A program made the position numbers and the translations under genes. Below, one piece after another: positions 38,581 through 50,813 of a stretch of DNA of 64,000 nucleotides. A model generated the notes under the pieces. It did not search any database and was not told where the DNA came from. It saw only the letters and a list, made by a program, of their open reading frames with translations. Source of the stretch: Mytilus trossulus (taxonomy: Eukaryota); assembly GCF_036588685.1 (NCBI RefSeq), contig NC_086375.1, forward strand, positions 77,748,001-77,812,000. The letters are read 5' to 3'. Position 1 is the stretch's first letter; every line of letters begins with the position of its first letter.

Positions 38581-41500
38581 CTATGGTTGAAGTAGAAGTT
38601 TACATCTGGCGCTGTATATAAGGTATATGAGACGTTTTGCTTGGTGTTCTATCTTTGAGACTTCTTCACTGTTCAGACGAAGTTGTCGTTGTACCATGGT
38701 TATGTCCATCAATATCTGTATTTTGGTCCCTTCATTAAGAGATTCCCACTCTATTTTGCTGTTGCTTGTTAATATGTTCTCTATCTCTTTAATTACAGGT
38801 CTTCTGATGTTGTCCCAAGCTTTACATTTGATCAATAGATGTTCAACCGTTTCCACTTCCTGGCTGCATGCGTTGCATATTTCCTGGTTTCCTTCTTTGT
38901 AAATTTTATATCTCAGGGGCTGCAGTGAGTAGGTTCCAGTGAGGAGTTTTAGTTTGATTGGAATTCTAAAACGGTCTTTGTTGGTGTATCTTTTGATCTT
39001 CAGTATGCTGTGGATTTTGCCTGCCATGAAGTTGTCTGTTTGAAGGTATTTTAGCCCTTGATACAGGTTGGCAATAACTGATATTTCTTTGACCCAGTGG
39101 TTAGCAATTTGTCTTTTTATTTGATTGACAGTGGTTTTAGTCACATCTGCATTATTCAGACGGTACGCACAGTATTGGTGAACCCTACTAGGTCCGCGTT
39201 TTTTTCTTCCTAATTTGAGCATGTCTTTTAGAATAAATGAAAACTGGTATGATATGTCATGTCTAAAAGACAATAGTTTTATAGTAATACCTTTGAAATA
39301 ATAAAATTATAACATAAAATTAAATCAAATAACCCTATAGGGAAAAAAAACGTCAAAAAATATGAGCGTAACTTGTAACATGGAAATCGAGTTTTTTTAG
39401 TAATTTGAATCAGAAAATCTTATTTTTGCACGCAAATTAGCGGGAAATGCTATGCACAATTTTAGCACAATTCGCTACGACGTCGCATCCGACGTTTTGG
39501 GCATTTTTTTCAAATATGCGAGTTAGAAGATGCATTGAAATGTTCAAAAGATGATGTAACAAGACATATGAAATAGGGTGAACAATTACAATGGATTCTA
39601 CGGTGAGAAGTTTTATAGAATGCAATAATATATAAACGAAAAAAAAAACATATATTCTTAATGTGCTTTTAATTCTGTTTACAAATAGTACAAAAATATG
39701 GTTTGGAAGTGGAATTTTCGAATCGAATGTTAACTTTTTGCTTGTCTAGTCCATTGTGTTACCGTGTGCTAAATGCACAAATTATGTACGTTTTCATAAA
39801 TATGTTGTACATTCGAACGTAAATACAAATCAATTATGTATCTTATTCTTTAATTTGTGTATTGTTTTCGTAATGTGTTTTTAAAAGTCTTTCTCATATA
39901 AAAGGAATTTTGAATAAATAATGAAAGACAAAAAAATAATAAGAAAATCGAAATGTCTAGTCTGATTTGTTACCGTGCAATCTTGTAACGTTTTTCCGTG
40001 ATTTTCAACGTAACGTTTATTTTGTCATTTTGATTTTTTATGCATAAACTACGTTCTTGTAGGCCAAAACAAATTTTACCACCACTGAAAGAATAAGATT
40101 AAATAAAGAAAGAAAGGAAAAAAAAGAAGAGAACAAAAAGCGGGATGCGAAGATTTAGATGCAAACGTTAACACAGGCTTCAATAACCATTTTTCTGACG
40201 TTACAAACGTAGCACCAATACTGTGCGTAACGTCTCAGCATATCAATGGCTCTGCCGAGGTTGTATTTGAACATGACCCTCTGTACTTCAATATACCAGC
40301 TGTGGCTTCCTGAGGATTTTACAGCTAGTTGTCTTTTACCAAGCTGTTTTTCAACACTATTGTCTGATTGCTGACATATGTTACTAAAGAATGTCATCAT
40401 TTTGGTATGGATTTGTGCCTCGACTGGTAGGATGCCGGTTAGAATGTACACTGCTGGATCAGGAGTACTCATAGGGACTGAGAGAATTTGTTTGAGCATC
40501 TTTTTCTGGAACTTCTCTAGGGTTTCCAAGTGTGCTGATTTTGGTGTCAGAAGCTCCATCCCGTAGAGTAGTACTGGTGATATGTAAGTCTTGTATAGAT
40601 GGATTAAGCTTTCAGGATCTAATCCGTTTTCTCCATGGAATCCACTTCCGAACAAGGCATAGGCACTTCTTCTTGCTTTCTTGACATTTTCTTCAACATT
40701 GGACTCAATGTTTTGTCTCATTGATGTTGTCCTTATTATACCAAGATGTGTTGATTTTGTGACGTTTGGCATTGGATCTTTTCCTAACTGGTAGTGTTCT
40801 GGTTCACAATTGTTCTTGGTTGGCTTAGGTTTGATGTGTATTGCCACACTCTTCTGGGGTTGGAGCTTATAGCCTTCCATTCCTGCGTAGTCGGCAGATA
40901 TATTTATTTGTACCTGCATATCAGGTGGTCTTTTTCCCAATAATGCTATGTCGTCTGCACATGCTGTAGTATTGCAAAGGACATTGCCAATTTTGCATCC
41001 TAGGCCTGATTGCTGTAATCTATTCAGTAGAGGGTTAACATTTACCTTGTATAAGTCAGTGCTGAGGATTCCTCCTTGGCGCACACCTTGGCTCACTGGG
41101 AACTCGTCAGCAATCATTCCTTCCCATTTGATGGCACTAGTTGATTGCCAGTGCATACTCTGTATTATCCTCCAGAGAGTGTCGTCGATACCGCAATGAA
41201 ATAGTCGTCGCATGAGGTGACTGTGTACCACTACGTCAAATGCAGACTTTGCATCTAGTAAAACCAGCTCAAATTCTTGGTTACTGTCTACACTCTCTCG
41301 ATAGACTTCTTCCACAACCAGACCTGCGTTCAGTGGCGATGATTTTGCTGTGAAACCTCGTTGGGTTGGATTTTGATCTTTAAGGACTCTTGGTTGTATT
41401 CTATCCCTGATTATTGCCTCTATAATCTTGTTAACGACTGGCAGTACTGTTATACCTCTGTAGTTGGCAGCATGACATCGGTCTCCCTTGTTTTTGAAGA

Positions 41501-43184
41501 CAGGTGCAAGAAGTCCTTTCTTAAGTATGTCTGGGACATAGCCATGTTTAAATACCAGATTGATGAGCCTTAAAAGTAGTTGTTCTAGCTTTTCTCCTGC
41601 ATAGATGAGGTGCTCAACAGTGATGCCATATATGTCTGCAGATTTACCTCTATTTAGGGTCTTTATGGCCTTCTTAAGCTCTATCTGTGTTGCCAGGGGA
41701 GTTTCCTTACTTTTTACCATGTCGTTGATTAATTTGATTTCATATTCAACCAGTTCGTGATAGTGTTGGTCCTTCAGCTGGGATGATTTTTCTGCTGATG
41801 CTAGATTTCCAAAGTGTTCAGTAAAGCCTTCGATTACTTGGTCACCCGAGTAGAGATTATCATTTACATGTAGATCCATTATACCAGTTCTGTTTCTATT
41901 CCTGTTGCCTTTTACTAGTTTGTGATACAGCTTACTGTCTCTTGTTCTTGCCTCCAGTATCTCTTGTTTTTCTCTGTCACGCTCTCTAGCCTGCTCAACT
42001 TTCACCTGCTTTTTAAATTCCTTTCTGCTGTTGACTCTGTCTTGATAAGACTTGTCATCTGGGTTGGTGGGTTTCCCATTTCTACTCCATATATCATAGC
42101 ATTTTCTCATCTCTTTCAAGCTACCTTTGATGATTGGTGTCCATACTTTCAGTTTTGGTTTTGCCTTGTACTTGGATTTATTAGATGAGCTCTCATTTGC
42201 TGCGTTTGTTAGCATTTGGTGCATCTTACTGATTAGGAGTTCGGCATCATCTGCTGTCTCGGCTGGGCTTTCTGCCATCGTGTCCACCTGCCTGTTGATA
42301 ATTGCCAAGTATAGATCTTGGTCTACTTTGTCCCATTTTATAGTTGGTTGAAGTTGCTGAAGTTTGCTGTTTTGATTTGTACCTCTTTTTGGTATCCCTA
42401 TCTTAACTTCACATTTAATAGGATAATGGTCGGAGTGGTTACTTATGACATCTTTCAGGACCTCTTTTTCTGTCATCTCCATATGTCTGGACTTATACAG
42501 GAAGTAGTCAAGTTCGGAACATTCTTGGCCATTTGTCTTAATAAAGGTCTTCCCAGTATTCTCATAGCCTAGCCTGTAGTCTTCGATTAGTTGTTGTAAA
42601 TACTTTTTCCTTTTGTTTTGCCTTTCATCATTTCCCAGATCTTCATTGAGGTCTCCTCCAATTATAATTTCATGTGTGTCTTGGTATTTAGTGATGATCT
42701 CATTTAGTTGGTCAATGGTGTCCAAGAACTCATCTGTACTGTTTCGCCCTCCTGTTGAAGGTAAATACACTGATACCAACAGTAGTTTTTGATCTTTCCC
42801 TGATATTTCTACACATTGGATCCTCTCTTTACCATCGTCCAATGGTCTGACTTGACTATCTATTTCGTTTTTCCATATAACAGCAACCCCTCCATGTCCC
42901 CTTGGTAGAAATGTTGGTTGTATTGGGTCATATTCATCACTTCCTTTTGCAGCATAGTTGGTACATTTGCCAATTTCTTGTAGATAATGTAATTGTGCAT
43001 GAAATAGCCAGTGTTCTTGAAGCAAAAGTATGTCGTAATTTTCCATTAGATCGTGCAAGGCGTATATGTTGGATTTTGCATTTTTACAGTTGAATGATAT
43101 AATTTTCAGAACTGTAACGCCTTCTTCTTCTGCTGTTTTTGCTAACTTCTGTATTTTTGGAGGCTTGGCTGGCACAAAAAATCC
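38581..43184 (-). CDS. LINE ORF2: APE endonuclease, RT and C-terminal CCHC; intact apart from the DNA transposon at 39159-40234
   Basis: ISFNC, LLLQEHW, GGVA, SVYLP, GGDLN, ELDY, HSDHYP; NYRGIT, LLDAKSAFD, GVRQGG, ACADD; C..C....ETVEHLLIKC. Removing the insert plus one TCA restores AIDML|NNADV (~1170 codons). Confidence 0.93.
39159..40234. mobile_element. Non-autonomous DNA transposon with 3-bp TSD (superfamily uncertain)
   Basis: 22-bp TIR gacggtacgcacagtattggtg / caccaatactgtgcgtaacgtc; TCA duplication at 39156-39158 and 40235-40237; AT-rich non-coding interior. Confidence 0.88.
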
Positions 43185-45148
43185 TCGTTGTGGGTTCTGG
43201 TTTTGTTGAGGGACTCTTGATTATGGCTCGTTGTTGTCAGTCTTGTATTATTGTGCCAATCATGTATACCCTAGTTGTTGTGTTCAGCATATCTTCGATC
43301 TTTGACGGTGACATGTCTCCTATCAGGTGCGTGTGTTGCTCTGGGTTGTAGGGTGTCAGATTGTCTGTTGTTGCTTGGCTGTGATACTCTCAGTGGGATG
43401 GTGTTTACAAATGGAACACTTGGCTGTACAGTATTACGTATTAGTGGTATTCCAGCTAACATAGGTTGTGGGTGGCTATTTTGGTTGATAAATGTTGCCA
43501 TATTTGGTTTCTGGATATGTTGGTTGATAAATGCTGTCATTTTAGGTTGATGGTAGTCTTGTCTGGATTCAGGTTGTTGCTTATGCTGTACCTGTAGATG
43601 TATATTTTCATTCACGATATGGTGTGCCATGTTAAGGTTCATTACGTATGAATTTGATGCCGTATCATCTTTAGGATTCTCATGATCGTCGTTGAGTTTG
43701 TGGAGAAGACTGGGATCACCTTGACTTGCTTTCTCATACTGTTTAGTGGTGTTATCAGTGCTCAATAGGCTTGTGGCTACGGAATCAATCTGCTTTTCTA
43801 CCTGGTCCATCACCATTGATGCTAGTTTTTCGTGTATTCATTCTGTTATTCAGCTTCTTCTGCATTTGTTCAAAGATTCCGGGCTGTTCTTCTCCAGGTT
43901 GCTTCTTATTGTCTGCTGTGCTACTGTTTCCCTGCAATTCCTCAAGGCGACGTCTCATTGTTGTTACCAGTGATTCTAATTCAAAGTTGCGGGCTTCCAA
44001 GTATTGTACTCTTGTTTCAAGCAGTATTGATTTTGCCTGGTCTTCTTTTAGAGTTTTTTCTCTGATTTTGAGTTGTTCTTCAGCTTTTCTTAGTTTCAGC
44101 TCTCTTTCTCTCGTGTCTTTTGTTTTAGTATCTGTTTGGTCTTGTTTACTCTTTGAGGCTTTTGTGAAGCAAGTTGTTTGACCATCACTGCATACTAGAC
44201 AAGATGAATGGGCTATGTTTTGGCAGATCTCACATGAGTCAGCATTATCTTCTATTGTGCCTTCACATATTCCACATAATTCAGCTTCACATACCTCTTC
44301 TTCTCTTGCAGCACCTGCGTCTGCTAGTATACTTGAAGCGTTGTTACTACAGGTTGGTAGGGCGAGCTGCTGATATTGGCTGTCAATTGGTTGTGATGTT
44401 CGAGTGTTTTTTGCCTCTCCCTCAATAGCTATAATACCATTGCATATCTTACATGTATAGTTGTCGTCATTCTCCTCCTCTAATTCTATCTCCGCTATTT
44501 CTTGGGATGTCATCTTCTGGCATTTGTAATGGACCAAGTGCTTTCCTGAAGTACAATAGGCGCTACGTGTTCTACAACTTCTATTGCATTTTATGCATAG
44601 AATGCCAGCATTTACATTTTTATCGCATGTGGCTTGTGTGATTTTGGCTCCAACAGTCTGCTCCAGTCTTTCTCTCATGAGGTTGTTTAGTTGAGTTAAA
44701 TTGACTTTGGACTTTCCACATTTGGCATTTTGTGCTATCTGTCTTATTTCTGTTAGGTCCACATCGACAAAACGGTCTTGGTCTTTTCCGTTTACCAATA
44801 TCTTGCTCTTGGTGTTATAGAAGTTAACAGTGTAACAATAATCCTTGTTGTTGTACTTATAGCTGTGTTGTACAATTATGTTGCCCGATTTTTCTTTTTC
44901 TTCTTGGATTAGTATATTTTCTTGTGTCATTCTACTGTAGTTGCTTGTCTTATTAGCTCGAACGTAGCCGCGTCGGCAGTTATGACCAATCCACCTCCTG
45001 TTTTTTTAAATTCAAGGTGGGCCTCTCTTTTAGTTGCCTCTAGCTTGTTCATTAGTGCTCTCTGGATGTTAAGGCTGTAGTCCTTGGTGATCTGTCTCTT
45101 GTTTGGTATGCTGCTCCCAACCTTGCTGATCTGCTGGTTGTCCTCCAT
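43142..45148 (-). pseudogene. LINE ORF1: PHD-finger and coiled-coil protein, with two frameshifts and one premature stop
   Basis: Pieces 45148-44927, 44930-43785 and 43816-43271, continuing in frame past TAG to 43142 (..EDFLCQPSLQKYRS*). Two Cys/His clusters (CIKC..C..HLVHYKC..YTCKIC; CGIC..CEIC..AHSSC) and an E/K/L/R coiled coil. Confidence 0.8.
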
Positions 45149-45632
45149 ATTGTCAGCTGTACACAATCAGTGGAGAGGTACGTAGTGGATAATCCCACGG
45201 TCGACAGCTTTCCACCGACTGTGTACTGGCTTTGACGTTAACAGGCTATATTTTGTTTATGCTGTAGATATATTTTCCTGGCGATGTTCCTGCTTTTCCT
45301 TTATTTGTTTATATTAATAATAGTTATTTAATTTCTAATACAACTCTTTATTTATAGAAGCTGTATAAGTAGCTTTATATTTAAGCTTAAGAAAATTATA
45401 TATTTATTAATGTTAGGCTTAATTTAGACCTGATGGTACAGACGGTGTGAATATACAGCTATTTATCTATCTTCTTGGACGTATTCCTCTTGGTGGACGT
45501 CTTCCACAATCAGTATGGGTATAGTTGTACCTGTCAGTTGTAGGTTCTAAGTCTGCTGGCAATCAGTGAGTAGGTACGTCGTGGATAATCCCACTGTCGA
45601 CTGCTAATCACCAATCCACAGCAAACTCCACC

Positions 45633-46376
45633 TTACTGTTGGTAACAATGCCCCTGTGCTAACCTTCCAATCTTTTTAAGCCACACTCTGGCCAGTAGCA
45701 CTGAAGGATGAATTCCGTCTATGTATAGATTGAAGTTATATCTGTCCGTAACCCTTTTGTGTCTGTTTTTTTTTTAGCTCTTTTGCTGGTTATGACTGAT
45801 GTCGACTGATAATGTAGGTGGAAAGACCTGTATCTGTTGGTTTATTTCTCGTATTTTGCTGTTTAGCTCTAATATGTGTTTAACCAATACGCAGTCCTGG
45901 TTGATAAACTGGTTAATATCTGGGTGGTCTCTGCTTTTGTTCCAATGATAGATCGAGATTGGGGGTACTTCTAGCAGCGTTACTTTGCATCCAGGATAAT
46001 TCTGTACTATTTTTACAATTTCATTTAGGTTATCCACTGTGTCTTTTATGGCTTCAGATGGATCTGGATGTAGTTCTACGTATTTAGTTTTGTAGTTGTA
46101 GTATGTCAGGTCACATGTACCTAGCCATACATATATGGAGATGTTGTCGAGTTGGCCTATCTTAGTGGCTATGTTGTCTCTTAGCCACTGGACTCCTTTC
46201 TTTGTTGTCCTACCTTTCTCACTCCAAAATTTGATTACCCTACTGATTCCTGGTCTTATCTGTCTCTCTAGGTAGTTTCCTTTACTGTCACTAAATAAAA
46301 CAGGTGTCAGAGCTTTATCTCCCTTTATTGGCAGATCAGGTTTTTTCAGATAGTCATTTAGTTTCTTTATGGACAT
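45633..46376 (-). pseudogene. Stand-alone SGNH/GDSL esterase-like ORF at the 5' end of the LINE (one in-frame TAA at 45774-45776)
   Basis: Block I VLFSDSKG, block III VWLGTCDL, and block V YIDGIHP read in the same frame beyond the internal stop; ends GHCYQQ*. Confidence 0.78.
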
Positions 46377-46833
46377 ACCAGTTGGACACTATTTGGTGTT
46401 GTTATATGGAAATGGGGGGAGGGGAGGGGGCAGGACAGCCAAGCTTTAATAAAACGGTGAAAAATTCAATTCACAGATAATATAAGTTCGCGACTAGCCT
46501 ATTTTGACAAAGTTAATATATCAAATATACCAAATATATGCTGGAGTTTGGTCAGTTGTACCAAAAACTTTCGGTTCGGGTCGAAACCCACGTGGGTTCA
46601 ACGGTCAGAAATGTTCAGCTATTTATGGATGATTTTCCTGGTTTGAACGTTTGTATGTATTTGTTTTCCAATGACTGTTTGAGTGTTATTGTATGGTTTT
46701 TGGTGGGTTTTGCTATGGTTTGCTACACTTATTCACAAATTTCTTCCAAATTTTTCCTCTGCTCGAAAAAACACAAGATGTCAGCCGGGCCTCGTTTTCG
46801 GTCTCTTTCAAACGGGGAAACCAACGATCTAAT

Positions 46834-48118
46834 CACATGGAAAAAAAGTATTGCAACACCTTGATTTTTTAAAACTTCAAAAATCAGCCTCTTTATTTGG
46901 ATGAAATATAATAAAATATGTGTATAATATTATTGAAACATAGTTTATAATAACATTGGCATTGAAACGAACAAAAAATGTTTGGAAAAAAATGATTTAT
47001 ATAACCACAATTTTAATACCAAAATGGAGTGTTTTTTGTACAAAAAAAATGCATTTTACAACTTTTACTGTAGTCGAACTTTACAATGTTTTACAGACAT
47101 TTTAAAATTATTCCTTATATGACTGTTCATATCATGGTTGATCGTTATACGCCAAAGAATTAGTACTTTGTGCGCAGCCTCCATTCAAACGGATAACCGC
47201 TTTTCTGATTCCTGCCATAAATCGACTAATTTGTTTCTAAGCTAGCAGCAACCATTTCTGATGAAGGTCATTGTTTATTTCATGATGTGTTTAAACTGGG
47301 GTGTCCTTTCGCGCACTTTCCGCCCAATAGTGTCCCAAATATGCTCGATATGGTTGAAATTCGGGCTACGATCGTGCCAAGGAAGATGAACCGAGTTCCA
47401 TTTGAACATTGGATCTTCCTCCACGATGCTAATTTCCAATTTTGGCGATCTCTGCACTACATTGGATACGGAAAACTGTGTGTCTGTTCGTTAGCAAAGG
47501 TCTCCGAAATGGTCTTATCGCACGAAACCAATAGCGATGAGTCGATATCGAACAGTTCTTGTTAAAAGGCTCCTGTATGGCCACCACTCTCTTTTTAGGA
47601 TTGTCTTGTATGCAATGGGTTTCCTTCTGACCAACCTTCATTATCCTTGATTTTCCTTAGCAAATGGTATAGGGGGTCTTCATTATCTCGGAATGTCTTT
47701 AACAGCGTTTATTGTCTGATTTATTCTCAAAACGACTTATGATGAAATGGTGATGACCAACAATATGTGCAGTTTTTACAGCGACATCCCTGCTTCCCTT
47801 ATGCTGATAATCTGCCGTCTTGCTGCAGTTAAGAGTTGTCAAGGACCCATTATAAGGTGTCAATCACATAACTTTAAAAAATTGGTTATTTATAGGGTTG
47901 AAAACAATGAGGATAAAAACAACTGTTTTGCTGTTTACGGGTACAGTAGCTGCATGTGCAGATAAAAAAATTATAGAGTCGATATTCATTGATTAAACTC
48001 AGGTGATACTTAAATAATGTTTAACTAGTTCTATTTTACCAAATTATATCCCAAAAAAATGAAAAGTGTTTTTTTAATTCCAATTTCAATTTGGTGTTGC
48101 AATACTTTTTTCCATGTG
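46834..48118 (-). mobile_element. Degraded Tc1/mariner transposon
   Basis: TIR cacatggaaaaaa(a)gtattgcaacacc / ggtgttgcaatacttttttccatgtg followed by TA. Transposase remnant LPWHDRSPNFNHIEHIWD (WPxxSPDLNPIE-like) at 47275-47457. Confidence 0.85.
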
Positions 48119-48433
48119 TATATATGAAAAAAAGGGAATTGAGAAACAAACCAATGGACCACATCAACAAACGACAACTACTGGAGATCAGCTTCCTGAC
48201 TTAGGACAGGTGCAAACAAATGCAGTGTGTTTTAAGTCCACAAGGCAGCGGGTTCAAACATGACTAGTGTAAAACCATTTAAACGGGAAAACCAACAGTC
48301 TAATCTATGTAAAACACGAGAAACGAGAAACACTTATGAACACTTATGAACCTGTTACCACATCAACAAACGACAACTACTGCACATCAGATTCCTGACT
48401 AAGGACAGATGCAAATAAAAACAGCGGGTTTAA

Positions 48434-49189
48434 GGTAGCACAATACAAAGATTTTCAATGCTGTAACTTTCTTATGAATGCATACAAAATAATAAAAGAG
48501 GTATACATAGATAGATAAAAGATTAACTTTTAAATGAATGCAATATGTTTATTATGCAATCATTATGTAATCAATTATTATGTAATTAGTGGCAAAATCT
48601 CGGTCAGTTCACTTGAATGAATTTAGCTCTTTCATCTCTATAACTAGACAGAATATTTTAACGAACACATCATGGGCTTCAAAAGAATGTCCTCGCTTCT
48701 GAGGTCCTCGCCGCGATATAGCCTTTTTGTGCAAATGCGGCGTAAAGCAACCAACAATCAATCAATCATCAAAAAGGTGTCTTAAATTGTCCCTATAGTA
48801 ATTCATTCTCTCATAAATCTCTGTGTGAACATCCTAACCACTTAAAAGAAGATAACGTTTAATTAGGTGTAAAATTGGTTCGATACATTCTATCTGAAAT
48901 CTGAGACATACTTTTGTAGATAACGGCCATAGGAACAACATATAATAAAATCAATCCTCTAGGAATACCTATGAGGAAGCTAATTTCAATTGAAAGTGGA
49001 AATTTGAGGAAAATATTTTAGACACAGTTAACATTATAATTGGTTACATAATTGTTGCATCATACTAACATTGCATTTATTTTAGCTATCCATAACTAAT
49101 ACTTTTATAAATTTTCAAGCATTATTAAGAAAGTTACAGCATTTTCAAACTTGGGAGTTGGAGTTAAAAAATCTTTGTATTGTGCTACC
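48434..49189. mobile_element. Kolobok-like MITE
   Basis: TIR ggtagcacaatacaaagatttt / aaaatctttgtattgtgctacc; flanks TTAA and TAAA. Confidence 0.7.
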
Positions 49190-49699
49190 TAAAGTCAACA
49201 AGTCAAAATTTGTATAGATTTGTGACATTTATACAGTCTAAACTTGATTACAATTGTATGGTTTGAAAAAGAGTATTTGAAGGAGAAGAACAAAGCATTT
49301 ACGTTTTTTTTCAATTTTCAAAAATGATATGTGTATATGTAATGTTTATAACAAATAAGATTATGTTCAGTGGATACTTTAATAGTCATTAAAAATCGGC
49401 CGTGTATTTAGTAATTTGCTAATACGGATTTTGATCAGATTTTTAAATGGAAAAGCATGTATTTGAATAATGGTTTACTGTTTTATTTATGCTGTAATTA
49501 TTCACATGGTGATTTCTTAAGACCATGTCTCAGTGTACTTGAAATTTGGACATCCATGTTATAGTACACGTAAGATACGCACATAAGTTTATTTTTCATG
49601 ATCAGTATACAAACAATGGTTTGTGGTATATTTGTAAAGCGTATTTAATGTTCAGATTCTTCAAGAATAAGGAAACCTTTATATAGTTTTAAAGTTCAA

Positions 49700-49893
49700 C
49701 AGTTGCTGATGTTGTTTGTTGCACTGTCTAGAATTTTTTTGCTGGTTGATGTTGTTTGTTGTAATGTCAAGTATGTTTTCTGGTTGTTTGTTGTACTGTC
49801 GAGTATTTATATGCTGGTTGATGTTGTCTGTTGTACTGTCGAGTATTTTTGCTGGTTGTTTGTTGCACTGTCCAGTATTTTTGCTGGTTGATG
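49700..49893. repeat. Minisatellite, ~39-bp unit (with ~30-bp variants), about 5 copies
   Basis: Unit gctggttgatgttgtttgttgtactgtcgagtattttt. Confidence 0.85.
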
Positions 49894-50813
49894 GTATAAA
49901 AAGAAGATGTGGTATGATTGTCAATGAGACAGCTGTCCACAAGAGACCAAAATGACACAGACATTAACAACTATAGGTCGCCGTACGGCCTTCAACAATG
50001 AGCAAAGCCCATACCGCATAGTTAGCTATATAAGGCCCCGATAAGACAATGTAAAACAATTCAAACGAAGACTTTCGATCACTTTTTGCTTTCATGTTAC
50101 TCTTTCATGTAATATTGTATTGAATAACAGGAAATAAATACAATAACATTATAACAAATAACATCTTCTCTCATATTTTTTTATAGTAACATTTTTCACG
50201 GATTTCTAAAGAAAACTTTTTTTTAAATTTCAATAAGCATCCAACTTCTAATATAATACATTTTACAAGCCTAGAGGGAATGATATCGACCGAGGTCCAC
50301 TATTTGTTAGATTCTTCTTTTTCTACTTATCCTTCTTTCATTTGATAAGTAAATAATCTTAAAATGAGTACATGCACGTATGCAATCTTAAGATTAGTAC
50401 ATGCCATTAAACTTTACTTCTGATAATTTATTATAAATCAAAATAAGTTACAATGTGCAAACATTGACATGTCATCTTTGTGATGACCCGAAGATAAAAT
50501 CAAATAATATCGGCCTGATACGTAAAACCATTTCTCTGTTTTGTTTTCAATTCGAATTGAAATATTAGTTTTTCTACTTTCTTACTGGTAACGCGCATAT
50601 TATTATATTCCTGTTTCGAAGAAAAGGTATAAGTTTTGCTACCAATTCATGCAAAATGCCTTCTTAATCAGTGTCAAAGATTTTTATTGATCTGTTTTCA
50701 TTAAATGAAGAATTTTATTGGTATATCTCCTGAACTGAACCTCATCATAGAATGATCGATTTTCTGCTCTCTAATATTGTATCGTCTGCTTTATCTTTGT
50801 CCTTGTCCTCAAG

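Larger units (their letters stand above)
37677..46806 (-). mobile_element. Full-length CR1-group (CR1/L2-like) LINE, ~8 kb plus a 1.08 kb insertion
   Basis: (GAA)n tail at 37677-37690; ~0.9 kb 3' UTR; ORF2, ORF1 and an upstream esterase ORF. The interrupted host repeat (aaacccattc | aaacggggaaaccaac) resumes at ~46807. Confidence 0.9.

Noticed and set aside
39156-39273. N-terminus of ORF 38581-39273 and C-terminus of ORF 40155-43175
   Set aside because: These are read-through into the inserted DNA transposon; both ORFs are halves of one ORF2.
40378-44641. Numerous plus-strand ORFs antisense to the LINE
   Set aside because: These are shadows of the A-rich coding strand with no recognisable motifs.
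49679-49970. Overlapping ORFs on both strands and a regularly spaced repeat (CRISPR-like look)
   Set aside because: It is a minisatellite without unique spacers, in a eukaryotic context with no cas genes.
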